In this document: piece by piece, positions 1 through 9,120 of the stretch
Layout of the letters: each line of letters starts with the position of its first letter
Numbering within the stretch: the first letter of the stretch is position 1
Assembly (NCBI RefSeq): GCF_027706725.1
Contig: NZ_JAQFWQ010000012.1
Coordinates: 56,934-80,933 of the forward strand
Direction: 5' to 3'
From: Nocardiopsis endophytica
GTDB lineage: Bacteria; Actinomycetota; Actinomycetes; Streptosporangiales; Streptosporangiaceae
DNA length: 24,000 nt
The notes under the pieces: generated by a model
Told to the model about the DNA's origin: nothing
What the model saw: only the letters and a program-made list of their open reading frames with translations
Database searches by the model: none
Program-made: the position numbers and the translations under genes

Positions 1-1439
1 GCCACCACCAGCAGCCCGCCCTGCTGCATCACCAGACCGAACAGTCCGGATACGACCGCGATCGCGCCCGCGACGCCCGCACCGATGGTGTGGGTGGAGT
101 CGTTGCCGCCGTTCCCCGCCGCGTCGCGCGCCCGGTCCTGGGCCGCCCTGACCCCCGCCGTGTCCGCGCCCGACGTGCCGATCGCGACCTCGACCCCGTT
201 CACGCGGACCGCCGACCGATCCGGCAGCGGGGCCAGCGCGGCCTCCGCCTGCCCCCGGGCCTCGCGCAGCGCCAGGGGAGCGAACACCTCCAGCGCGAAG
301 CGCCGCAGCAGGGGACCGGCCTCCGGTGAGAACGCCGACGCGGGCAGCAGGTCCAGCGTCCGGCCCCGGGGGTCCTTCCAGGTCTCCAGCTCGACGTCGT
401 CGGACGCGCCCCCGCCGCTCTCCACGACCGCCCGGAGCTGCGCCGCCCTGTACAGCAGCGGCGCCTCCTCCGGGCTGCCCTCCTCGACCAGGCGTCGGAG
501 CAGCGGCTTGGCCACGTTCAGCGCGAGGGAAGGGGGGAGGGAAGGGGAGCCGTCACCGGAACCGTCCTCGCCGGAGGGCTCGGCGCCGACCGCCTCCGCC
601 GCCTCCGCCGTCCGGCGCAGGGCGGCCAGCCGGTCGGCCGCCGCCAGCGCCTGCTTCACCGCTTCGGTCCCGGAGAGGCCGGGCGGCCGGGTCCGCCTGC
701 GCTCCTGCGGCCCGCCCTTGCCGAACTCCAGCAGCTCCGACGGCAGAGGCGTGTCCTCGGGGGAGTCCAGGACCAGCTCCGCGCAGCCCGCCAGCACCGA
801 CGCGCGCGCCCCGTCGCCCAGTCGGCCCTCGGCCGCGAGCAGGATCAGCGCCCACTCGTGGGAGGCCGCGTGCCCGGGCGCCTCGGGCAGCACCGCCGAC
901 AGGATCCAGTCCGCCAGCGCCGGTGCCGCCTCCGGTGCCCGCTCGGCCGCCGCGAGCAGGGTGAACACCCCCGCGCGCAGCGGGTCCAGGTCGGCCGCCT
1001 CGGAGAAGCCCCGCTGGGCCCCGCGCAGGTCGTCGCGGAGCAGGGCGTGCAGCCCGTGCGCCGCGGGGAGCAGCCAGTAGTCCCCTTCGGCCGCCGAGGC
1101 CTCCAGCCGCAGCTCGTCCGGCGCCTCGCCGTCGAGCATGAGCAGCACCCGGCGGCGCGCCATCGCCGCCCCCGTGAACGGCACGAGCTGCTCGCGCACG
1201 TCGCTCAGCTCCACGAACGCGTCGAACGAGGCCGCCATGCGGTCCAGGCGCTGTTCGAGCGAGCCGCGGACCTTCCGCAGCTCGGAGTTGAGCCTCTGGC
1301 GCTGGTTGTCCAGCTGGTGCCGCAGGCCGCGGATGGCCTCGTTCTGCGCCCGGTCGGACATCCGCCCGCCCCAGCTGTTGTCCCCGAGGAGGAACCCCGG
1401 TTCGATCAGCCCGTCACTGCCGCCGCCGTCATGGACCAT
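1..1439 (-). CDS. Hypothetical protein, N-terminus complete, C-terminus cut by the window edge (>=479 codons); coiled-coil-like N-terminal segment and a hydrophobic helix at the edge
   Basis: Absent from the supplied ORF track because there is no stop inside the window. I checked every plus-strand triplet starting at a position divisible by 3 from 3 to 1439. None is TTA/CTA/TCA, so this minus frame is open for 479 codons, and its third positions are almost all G/C. ATG at 1439-1437 is preceded by GGAGCGGAGAGCGGACGGGAC. Translation begins MVHDGGGSDGLIEPGFLLGDNSWGGRMSDRAQNEAIRGLRHQLDNQRQRLNSELRKVRGSLEQRLDRM and ends IGAGVAGAIAVVSGLFGLVMQQGGLLVV at the edge. There is an alternative in-frame ATG at 1481. 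No family recognised. Confidence 0.7.
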   Translation of the reverse strand, partial: MVHDGGGSDGLIEPGFLLGDNSWGGRMSDRAQNEAIRGLRHQLDNQRQRLNSELRKVRGSLEQRLDRMAASFDAFVELSDVREQLVPFTGAAMARRRVLLMLDGEAPDELRLEASAAEGDYWLLPAAHGLHALLRDDLRGAQRGFSEAADLDPLRAGVFTLLAAAERAPEAAPALADWILSAVLPEAPGHAASHEWALILLAAEGRLGDGARASVLAGCAELVLDSPEDTPLPSELLEFGKGGPQERRRTRPPGLSGTEAVKQALAAADRLAALRRTAEAAEAVGAEPSGEDGSGDGSPSLPPSLALNVAKPLLRRLVEEGSPEEAPLLYRAAQLRAVVESGGGASDDVELETWKDPRGRTLDLLPASAFSPEAGPLLRRFALEVFAPLALREARGQAEAALAPLPDRSAVRVNGVEVAIGTSGADTAGVRAAQDRARDAAGNGGNDSTHTIGAGVAGAIAVVSGLFGLVMQQGGLLVV

Positions 1440-1523
1440 GTCCCGTCCGCTCTCCGCTCCGCGTCCCGTCCTCCGGACCATGGGACGGCGCCGGGAGGCC
1501 GCCGGTTCCGCCGTTGCGGCAAT

Positions 1524-2294
1524 ATGGAGGGCGTCGGTCCCCGCCCCTTCGCCTTCAAGGAGACTGCCATCAGCCGCCTCGTGTTGTGGAACGTCGACCC
1601 CACGCTCGTCGACGCAGCGCAGGTCACGCGCTCCGCCTACGCGGAGGCGTTCGAGCGTGCCACGGGGGCGCCGCTGGTCTACCTGGCGTCCACCGCCGGG
1701 CGCACCGACTCGGAGGTCTTCTTCGAGTTCTTCGCCCGCAACGACGTGGACATCGAGCCCGGCCAGGAGCCCCTGGCCGAGTTCGTGCAGGCCTTGGCCG
1801 ACGGGTTCGCCCGCCGCCGAGACCAGCTGCCGGTGCGGGCCCGCGCCGCCGCGGGCGCCGCCGAGGCGCTGGCCGCCGTGGGCGCGCTCGACGACACCGT
1901 GCAGACCGTGGTCACCGGCACCATCAAGCCCAACGCCGTCGCCAAGCTTCAGGCCTTCGGCCTGGACGGGCACCTGGACCTGTCGCTGGGCGGGTTCGGC
2001 TCCGAGGGCTACCCCAAGGCCAGCCTCATCCAGTTCACCCGGATGCGCGCCGCCGAGGCCCGCGGCGCGGAGTTCCCCGAGCGCTCCACCGTCTACATCA
2101 CCGACTCGCTGCGCGACGTGGAGGCCGCGGTGATCGGCCGCGCCGCCCCGATCGGCGTGCTCAGCGGCTCGGCCACCGAGTCCCAGCTCCGCGCGGCCGG
2201 GGCCGTGGAGGTGCTGCAGGACCTCACCGACGCCCAGGCGGTCGTCGGCGCCGTCCGCCGCGTGACGGCCCTGCCCGGTGCCGGCATCGGGTAG
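1524..2294 (+). CDS. HAD-superfamily hydrolase-like protein (256 aa) with Asn at the motif-I nucleophile position
   Basis: First ATG in the sensible part of track ORF 858..2294; the upstream 222 codons are an R/G/P-rich shadow of the minus-strand gene. HAD-like blocks: LVLWNVDPTLVD (motif I position), VVTGTIKPNA (motif II Thr), YPKAS (Lys), ITDSLRDVEAA (motif IV acidic pair). The start is uncertain: no clear SD, and GTG 1581 is possible. Confidence 0.75.
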   Translation: MEGVGPRPFAFKETAISRLVLWNVDPTLVDAAQVTRSAYAEAFERATGAPLVYLASTAGRTDSEVFFEFFARNDVDIEPGQEPLAEFVQALADGFARRRDQLPVRARAAAGAAEALAAVGALDDTVQTVVTGTIKPNAVAKLQAFGLDGHLDLSLGGFGSEGYPKASLIQFTRMRAAEARGAEFPERSTVYITDSLRDVEAAVIGRAAPIGVLSGSATESQLRAAGAVEVLQDLTDAQAVVGAVRRVTALPGAGIG

Positions 2295-2570
2295 GAATGG
2301 GGGCGTGAGGCCCGGCCCCGCACCGCGATCCGGTGCCCGGGGCCGACTTGGGACAGCTGGCCCCCGAGGGTGGCCGCGCCGCCCCCGCCCGCGTAGCGTC
2401 GCTCATATGCCTCGGTACGGATCGCCCGCCGATCGCCGATCGAGGCGTTGATGGCGGAAACGTACTGTTAACGACGTTGGTCGGTGTTGGTAAGGGTTGT
2501 GCCGTGTGAAACGGAGTAGCCTGTTCCCGAGGCGAAGGCCGGACAACGGCGTCCGGTCCTGGCAGCCGCC

Positions 2571-2586
2571 ACCTGTGCGCACAGGT
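2571..2586. promoter_or_regulatory. Perfect 16-bp palindrome ACCTGTGC|GCACAGGT in the gdh upstream region (candidate operator)
   Basis: Read directly: acctgtgcgcacaggt is its own reverse complement. It lies about 130 nt upstream of the gdh start, inside a ~420-nt non-coding spacer. Confidence 0.3.
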
Positions 2587-2603
2587 TCCCGAACGGGACG
2601 CGG

Positions 2604-2630
2604 CCGCCCCGCGGCCCGTCCGCGGGGCGG
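2604..2630 (+). other. GC-only hairpin (11-bp perfect stem CCGCCCCGCGG / CCGCGGGGCGG, loop CCCGT) in the gdh leader/upstream region
   Basis: Inverted repeat read directly. There is no T-tract after it, and it lies 310 nt beyond the HAD stop, so it is not an obvious terminator. Confidence 0.3.
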
Positions 2631-2646
2631 CGGCGGCGCGCCGACC

Positions 2647-2669
2647 TTCACAGAACTTCACAAGTCACA
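2647..2669 (+). promoter_or_regulatory. Tandem TTCACA hexamers (2647, 2657) plus TCACA (2665), 10-bp phased, 50-70 nt upstream of the gdh start
   Basis: Sequence cTTCACAgaacTTCACAagTCACAtcacc read directly. It could be a -35-like element or a direct-repeat binding site for a response regulator. No convincing TANNNT follows at 17-18 nt. Confidence 0.25.
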
Positions 2670-2717
2670 TCACCCGATGATGGACCCCCGACGGCTCACA
2701 AGGGAGTGAGATCGAAC

Positions 2718-5700
2718 ATGCCCGGGCAGACCGACGCCGTTCAGGACCGGTTGGTCCACGACGCGGCCGCGCAATGGTCCCCTGAAGACGGCACCGCCGA
2801 TCCGGACCGCATCGAGCGGTTCCTGCGCCTGTACTACCGCCACGTCGACCCCCAGGAGCTCAAGGAGCGCACCCCCGCCGGCGTGTGCGCCCCCGCCCTG
2901 GCCCACTACAGGTTCGCCCAGGAGCGCCCCCAGGGCCGCGCCAAGGTCCGCGTGTTCAACCCCACCGCCGCCGACGACGGCTGGGACCTGGACCGCACCG
3001 TGGTGGAGGTCGTCACCGACGACGCCCCCTTCCTCGTCGACTCGGTCACCATGGAGCTGAACCGCCAGGGCATCGCCGTGCGCCTGGTCGTCCACCCCCA
3101 GCTCAGCGTGGCCCGCGACCTGGCCGGGAACCTGCGCGAGGTGGAGCCCGAGGAGACCGGGGACGGGCTGGAGCCGCTCGCCGAGTCCTGGATGCACATC
3201 GAGGTCGAGCGCCAGAGCGACCCCACCGTGCTCAAGCAGGTCGCCGCCGACCTGGAGCGGGTGCTGGGCGACGTGCGCGGCGTGGCCGAGGACAAGGCCA
3301 AGATGCGCGCCCGCGCCACCGGGCTCGCCGACGAGCTGGCCGCCTCCGCCGCCGCGATGCGCGCCGGCGGCGTCGACGCCGCCGAGGCCGACGAGAGCGA
3401 GGCGTTCCTGCGCTGGGTCGCCGACGGCAACTTCCACTTCATGGGCTACCGGGAGTACGACCTGGTCGCCGACGAGGAGGGCAACGACGCCCTCGGCCCG
3501 CGCGCCGGGACCGGCCTGGGCATCCTGCGCATGGACGCCCCCGCCTCCAGCAGCTTCGCCTCCCTGCCCGCCGCCGTGCGCGCCAAGGCCCGCGAGCCGC
3601 ACGCCCTGGTGCTGACCAAGGCCAACTCCCGGGCCACCGTGCACCGCCCCAAGTACCTCGACTACGTCGGCGTCAAGCGCTTCGACGAGCAGGGCCGCAT
3701 CGTCGGAGAGCGCCGCTTCCTGGGCCTGTACACCCACGAGGCCGCCACCACGAGCATCCGGCAGATCCCGCTGCTGCGCCGCAAGCAGGCCGCGGTCCTG
3801 GACCGCGCCGGGTTCGACCCCGACAGCTACGACGGCAAGGACCTGGTGGAGATCCTGGAGGGCTTCCCCCGAGAGGAGCTCTTCCAGACCCCGGTCGACG
3901 ACCTGTACGACGTGGTCATGGGCGTGCTGCGGCTGCGCGAGCGCCCCGGCGCCAAGCTGTTCCTGCGCCGCGACCCCTACGGCCGCTACATGTCCTGCCT
4001 GGTGTACATGCCGCGGGACCGCTACAACACCCAGGTCCGGCTGGACATCCAGGACGTCCTCAACGACGCCTTCCAGGGCGCGGCCATGGACCACAGCGTC
4101 ATGGTCGGCGCCTCCTCCCTGGCCCGCCTCTACCTGGTGGTGCGCGCCCAGCGCGGCCGCGCCCTGCCCGAGGTCGACCACGCCGCCCTGGAGCAGCGCG
4201 TCGTCGCCGCCACCCGCTCCTGGGACGACGGCCTGCAGGCCGAGCTGAAGGCCCGCTACGGCGCCGACGAGGGCATGCGCGCCGTGCGCGCGCTGGGCGA
4301 CGCCCTGCCCGAGGGGTACAAGGTCGACACCGACCCGCGCACCGCCGTGGACGACCTGTCCCGCCTGCGCGACCTGTCCGACGGCGGGTTCGCGGTCAAC
4401 CTCCACCGCAAGGACCCCGACTCGGGCTCCTGGCACCTCAAGCTCTACCGCCGCGGCGCCCCGGTGTCCCTGTCCAAGGTGCTGCCGCTGCTGGAGAACA
4501 TGGGCGTGGAGGTGGTCGACGAGCGCCCCTACGGCATCGCCGCCCACGACGCCTCCCGCGGCGGCGAGGGCCGCGCCTGGATCTACGACTTCGGCCTGGC
4601 CCCCATGGAGGCCTCCTCCAAGGTCCCCGACAACCGGTTCAAGTTCCTCTTCGAGGACGCCTTCAGCGCCCTGTGGGAGGGGCGCGGCGAGTCCGACCGG
4701 TTCAACACCCTGGTGGTCAGCGCCGGGCTGGACTGGCGCCAGCTCACCATCCTGCGCGCCTACGCCAAGTACCTGCGCCAGACCGGCACCACCTTCACCG
4801 CCGACTACATGGCCGGGGTGCTGGCCGCCAACACGCACGTCGCCGAGCTGCTGGTGCGCCTGTTCGAGTCGCGCTTCGACCCGCGCCACTCCTCCGGCCG
4901 CTCCGAGCGCTCCGAGGCCATCGCCGAGGAGATCCGCGGCGAGCTGGACCAGGTCGCCAGCCTCGACCACGACCGCATCCTGCGCGCCTTCCTGGCCTGC
5001 ATCGACGCCACCCTGCGCACCAACTACTTCCAGACCGGCGACGACGGGGCGCCCAAGCCCTACCTCGTCTACAAGCTGGAGCCGCAGGACATCCCCGACC
5101 TGCCCGAGCCGCGCCCGCGCTTCGAGATGTTCGTCTACTCCCCGCGCATGGAGGGCGTGCACCTGCGCTTCGGCTCGGTGGCCCGCGGCGGCCTGCGCTG
5201 GTCGGACCGGCCCGAGGACTTCCGCACCGAGATCCTGGGCCTGGTCAAGGCGCAGATGGTGAAGAACTCGGTGATCGTGCCCAGCGGCGCCAAGGGCGGG
5301 TTCGTGTGCAAGCGGCTGCCCTCCGGCGACCGCGACACCGTCATGGCCGAGGTCGTGGACTGCTATCGGCAGTTCATCAGCGGCCTGCTGGACGTCACCG
5401 ACAACCTCGTCGACGGCGCGGTGCAGCACCCCCAGGACGTGGTGCGCCACGACGGCGACGACACCTACCTGGTGGTGGCGGCCGACAAGGGCACCGCGAC
5501 CTTCTCCGACACCGCCAACGCCATCGCCAAGGAGCGCGGCTTCTGGCTCGGCGACGCCTTCGCCTCCGGCGGGTCGGTCGGCTACGACCACAAGGCCATG
5601 GGCATCACCGCCCGCGGCGCCTGGGAGTCGGTCAAGTACCACTTCCGGGAGATGGGCGTGGACGTCCAGAGCGAGGACTTCACCGCGGTCGGCGTCGGCG

Positions 5701-7583
5701 ACATGTCCGGCGACGTGTTCGGCAACGGCATGCTGCTGTCCCGGCACACCCGCCTGATCGCCGCCTTCGACCACCGGCACATCTTCATCGACCCCGACCC
5801 CGACGCCGAGCGGTCCTACGCCGAGCGCGAGCGCCTGTTCGCCCTGCCGCGCAGCTCCTGGGCCGACTACGACGCCTCGCTCATCTCGCCCGGCGGCGGG
5901 GTGCACCCGCGCAACGTCAAGTCGGTCCCGCTGACCCCGCAGGTCAAGCAGGCCCTCGACATCCCCGCCGACGTGCAGGCCCTCACCCCCTTCGAGCTGA
6001 TCCGGCACATCCTGCGGGCCCCGGTCGACCTGCTGTGGAACGGCGGCATCGGCACCTACGTCAAGTCGGCCGCCGAGACCGACGCCCAGGTCGGCGACAA
6101 GGCCAACGACCCGGTCCGGGTCAACGGCGCCGACCTGCGCTGCAAGGTGGTCGGCGAGGGCGGCAACCTGGGCCTGACCCAGCTGGGCCGGATCGAGTTC
6201 GCGCTGGCCGGGGGCCGGGTCAACACCGACTTCATCGACAACTCCGGCGGCGTGGACACCTCCGACCACGAGGTGAACATCAAGATCATGCTGGACCGGG
6301 AGGTGCGCGCCGGGCGGCTGCCGGCCGACGAGCGCGACCGCCTGTTCATGGCCATGACCGACGAGGTCGCCGACCTGGTCCTGGACGACAACTACGCGCA
6401 GAACGTCGTGCTGGCGGCCGCGCGCAAGCAGACCACCTCGATGCTGCACGTGCACTCGCGGTACATGCGGTGGCTGGAGCGCGACGCCGGGCTCGACCGC
6501 AAGCTGGAGTTCCTGCCCGACGACAAGGCGATCGCGGCGCGGCGCTCGGCCGGGCAGGGGCTGACCTCCCCCGAGTTCGCGGTGCTCATCGCCTACACCA
6601 AGATCGCCCTGAAGGACCGGATCAGCGAGTCCGACCTGCCCGGCGACCCCTACCTGCGCCGCACCCTGGTGGACTACTTCCCCACCCCGCTGCGCGAGCG
6701 CTACGCCGACGCCATGCCCGACCACCCGCTGGCCCGCCAGATCATCACCAACCAGGTGGTGAACGACATGGTCAACTGGTCGGGGTCGACGTTCGCCTTC
6801 CGCATGGACGAGGAGCTGGGCGCCTCCGCCGACGACATCGCCCGCGCCTACCTGGTGGCCATGGAGGTCTTCGGGCTCCGGGACTTCTGGAGCGCGGTGG
6901 AGGAGCTGGACCACGTCATCGACGTCGACACCCAGCTGCAGATGATGCTGGAGGCGCGCAAGCTCACCGAGCGCTGCGCCCGCTGGATGCTGCGCAACCG
7001 GCCCAACCGGTTCGACCTGGGCGAGGAGATCGCGTTCTTCGCCGAGGGCGCGTCGGTGATCGTGCCGCAGCTGCCCGAGCTGCTGCAGGGGCGCGACCTG
7101 GCCGCCTTCCGGGAGCGCCGCGACGCCCTCAAGGGCCGCGGGGTGCCGCCGGAGCTGGCCGAGCGGGTCGCCGGGATGGTGCCCGCCTACACCGCCTTCG
7201 ACCTGGTGGAGGTCGCCGACCGGACCGGGCGCCCGGTGCGCGAGGTGGCCGAGGTCTACTTCCACCTGGCCGACCGGCTGCAGATCTCCCGGCTGCGCGA
7301 GCGCATCATCGCGCTGCCGCGCGACGACCGCTGGGCCACCATGGCGCGCTCGGCCGTCCGCGACGACCTGTACGCCACGCACGCCGAGCTGACCCGGGAC
7401 GTGCTGCTGTCCGGGGCCTCCGGGGAGTCGGCCGAGCGGCTGGCCGAGCAGTGGGCCGAGAAGAACGCCGAATCGGTCGAGCTCGCCGGGCGCACCATGT
7501 CGGAGATTTGGGAGACCGAGCGCTTCGACCTGGCCACCCTGTCGGTGGCGCTGCGCTCCATCCGCTCCCTGGCCGAGGAGTGA
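2718..7583 (+). CDS. gdh: NAD-specific glutamate dehydrogenase, large L180 class (Bac_GDH family), ~1621 aa
   Basis: Track ORF 2706..7583. Hallmark blocks: RFGSVARGGLRWSDRPEDFRTEILGLVKAQMVKNSVIVPSGAKGGF, DDTYLVVAADKGTATFSDTAN, GDAFASGGSVGYDHKAMGITARGAWESV, GDMSGDVFGNGML, VGEGGNLGLTQLGRIEF, NSGGVDTSDHEVNIKI. The SD-like GGGAG at 2702-2706 overlaps GTG 2706 and therefore favours ATG 2718. Confidence 0.95.
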   Translation: MPGQTDAVQDRLVHDAAAQWSPEDGTADPDRIERFLRLYYRHVDPQELKERTPAGVCAPALAHYRFAQERPQGRAKVRVFNPTAADDGWDLDRTVVEVVTDDAPFLVDSVTMELNRQGIAVRLVVHPQLSVARDLAGNLREVEPEETGDGLEPLAESWMHIEVERQSDPTVLKQVAADLERVLGDVRGVAEDKAKMRARATGLADELAASAAAMRAGGVDAAEADESEAFLRWVADGNFHFMGYREYDLVADEEGNDALGPRAGTGLGILRMDAPASSSFASLPAAVRAKAREPHALVLTKANSRATVHRPKYLDYVGVKRFDEQGRIVGERRFLGLYTHEAATTSIRQIPLLRRKQAAVLDRAGFDPDSYDGKDLVEILEGFPREELFQTPVDDLYDVVMGVLRLRERPGAKLFLRRDPYGRYMSCLVYMPRDRYNTQVRLDIQDVLNDAFQGAAMDHSVMVGASSLARLYLVVRAQRGRALPEVDHAALEQRVVAATRSWDDGLQAELKARYGADEGMRAVRALGDALPEGYKVDTDPRTAVDDLSRLRDLSDGGFAVNLHRKDPDSGSWHLKLYRRGAPVSLSKVLPLLENMGVEVVDERPYGIAAHDASRGGEGRAWIYDFGLAPMEASSKVPDNRFKFLFEDAFSALWEGRGESDRFNTLVVSAGLDWRQLTILRAYAKYLRQTGTTFTADYMAGVLAANTHVAELLVRLFESRFDPRHSSGRSERSEAIAEEIRGELDQVASLDHDRILRAFLACIDATLRTNYFQTGDDGAPKPYLVYKLEPQDIPDLPEPRPRFEMFVYSPRMEGVHLRFGSVARGGLRWSDRPEDFRTEILGLVKAQMVKNSVIVPSGAKGGFVCKRLPSGDRDTVMAEVVDCYRQFISGLLDVTDNLVDGAVQHPQDVVRHDGDDTYLVVAADKGTATFSDTANAIAKERGFWLGDAFASGGSVGYDHKAMGITARGAWESVKYHFREMGVDVQSEDFTAVGVGDMSGDVFGNGMLLSRHTRLIAAFDHRHIFIDPDPDAERSYAERERLFALPRSSWADYDASLISPGGGVHPRNVKSVPLTPQVKQALDIPADVQALTPFELIRHILRAPVDLLWNGGIGTYVKSAAETDAQVGDKANDPVRVNGADLRCKVVGEGGNLGLTQLGRIEFALAGGRVNTDFIDNSGGVDTSDHEVNIKIMLDREVRAGRLPADERDRLFMAMTDEVADLVLDDNYAQNVVLAAARKQTTSMLHVHSRYMRWLERDAGLDRKLEFLPDDKAIAARRSAGQGLTSPEFAVLIAYTKIALKDRISESDLPGDPYLRRTLVDYFPTPLRERYADAMPDHPLARQIITNQVVNDMVNWSGSTFAFRMDEELGASADDIARAYLVAMEVFGLRDFWSAVEELDHVIDVDTQLQMMLEARKLTERCARWMLRNRPNRFDLGEEIAFFAEGASVIVPQLPELLQGRDLAAFRERRDALKGRGVPPELAERVAGMVPAYTAFDLVEVADRTGRPVREVAEVYFHLADRLQISRLRERIIALPRDDRWATMARSAVRDDLYATHAELTRDVLLSGASGESAERLAEQWAEKNAESVELAGRTMSEIWETERFDLATLSVALRSIRSLAEE

Positions 7584-7611
7584 GCACCGCCTGAGGCCGG
7601 AGGCGACGAGG

Positions 7612-7642
7612 GGCCCGCGCGCGGCATCGCCGCGCGCGGGCC
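7612..7642 (+). terminator. Terminator-like hairpin after gdh (14-bp perfect GC stem GGCCCGCGCGCGGC / GCCGCGCGCGGGCC, loop ATC)
   Basis: Inverted repeat read directly. It starts 29 nt after the gdh stop and is followed by TTCGCC, a short T run as is usual in high-GC actinobacteria. Confidence 0.6.
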
Positions 7643-7670
7643 TTCGCCATCACGCCCTAGACTTGGGACC

Positions 7671-8783
<1,113 letters not shown>

Positions 8784-8790
8784 CGCGCAG

Positions 8791-8828
8791 CGGCGGGGCT
8801 CCGGGGCACTAGCGGGCCGGAGCCGCCG
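8791..8828 (+). terminator. Imperfect hairpin after prfB (CGGCGG-gg-CTCCGG ... CCGGAG-CCGCCG)
   Basis: Inverted repeat with a 2-nt bulge and a 12-nt loop, starting 8 nt after the prfB stop. No T-tract. Confidence 0.4.
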
Positions 8829-9120
8829 GTGCCCGGCGCGCACGCCGCGCGATACGCGACCGTTATGATCGGTTGACAGTTCCGATATGCTCGGATCTGC
8901 TGCTGTGATGTGAGGCGGCGGAGGCCAGCGCGCCCGATGGGGCGCCCGGCGCCCCCCGGCCCCGTGTCGGTCAAGGACATTCCGGGTTGCGTTCGCCTCT
9001 ACACTGTCGTTTGGCCCCGCAGGCCGGTACCGTGTGCCGGCCGGGCGGCCGGACCCTCCCTGAGCGGAACCACGACCTCCGCCCGGGTGCCCCGATCTCC
9101 GAGAACCTTGTGATGCTCCT

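Noticed and set aside
85-1523. Plus-strand ORFs 85..1080, 90..329, 326..964, 1138..2133 and the first 222 codons of 858..2294
   Set aside because: They translate to S/A/R/P-rich sequence. The minus frame ending at 1439 is open throughout and has proper codon bias, so these are shadows of that gene and, for 1138..2133, of the HAD-like gene.
2450-2515. Possible GlnR-type boxes (two GAAAC pentamers and a GTTAAC) upstream of gdh
   Set aside because: When I laid the a-site/n6/b-site pattern (gTnAc-n6-GaAAc) over the sequence, the partner half-sites did not match at either GAAAC. The similarity is too partial to call.
2670-7382. 1570-aa antisense ORF, and a 1569-aa alternative plus-frame ORF (2885..7594), both spanning gdh
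   Set aside because: Their products are Gly/Arg/Pro/Ala/Val low-complexity sequence with no recognisable motifs. The 2706/2718 frame carries the Bac_GDH signature blocks. Long open shadow frames are expected when third positions are almost all G/C.
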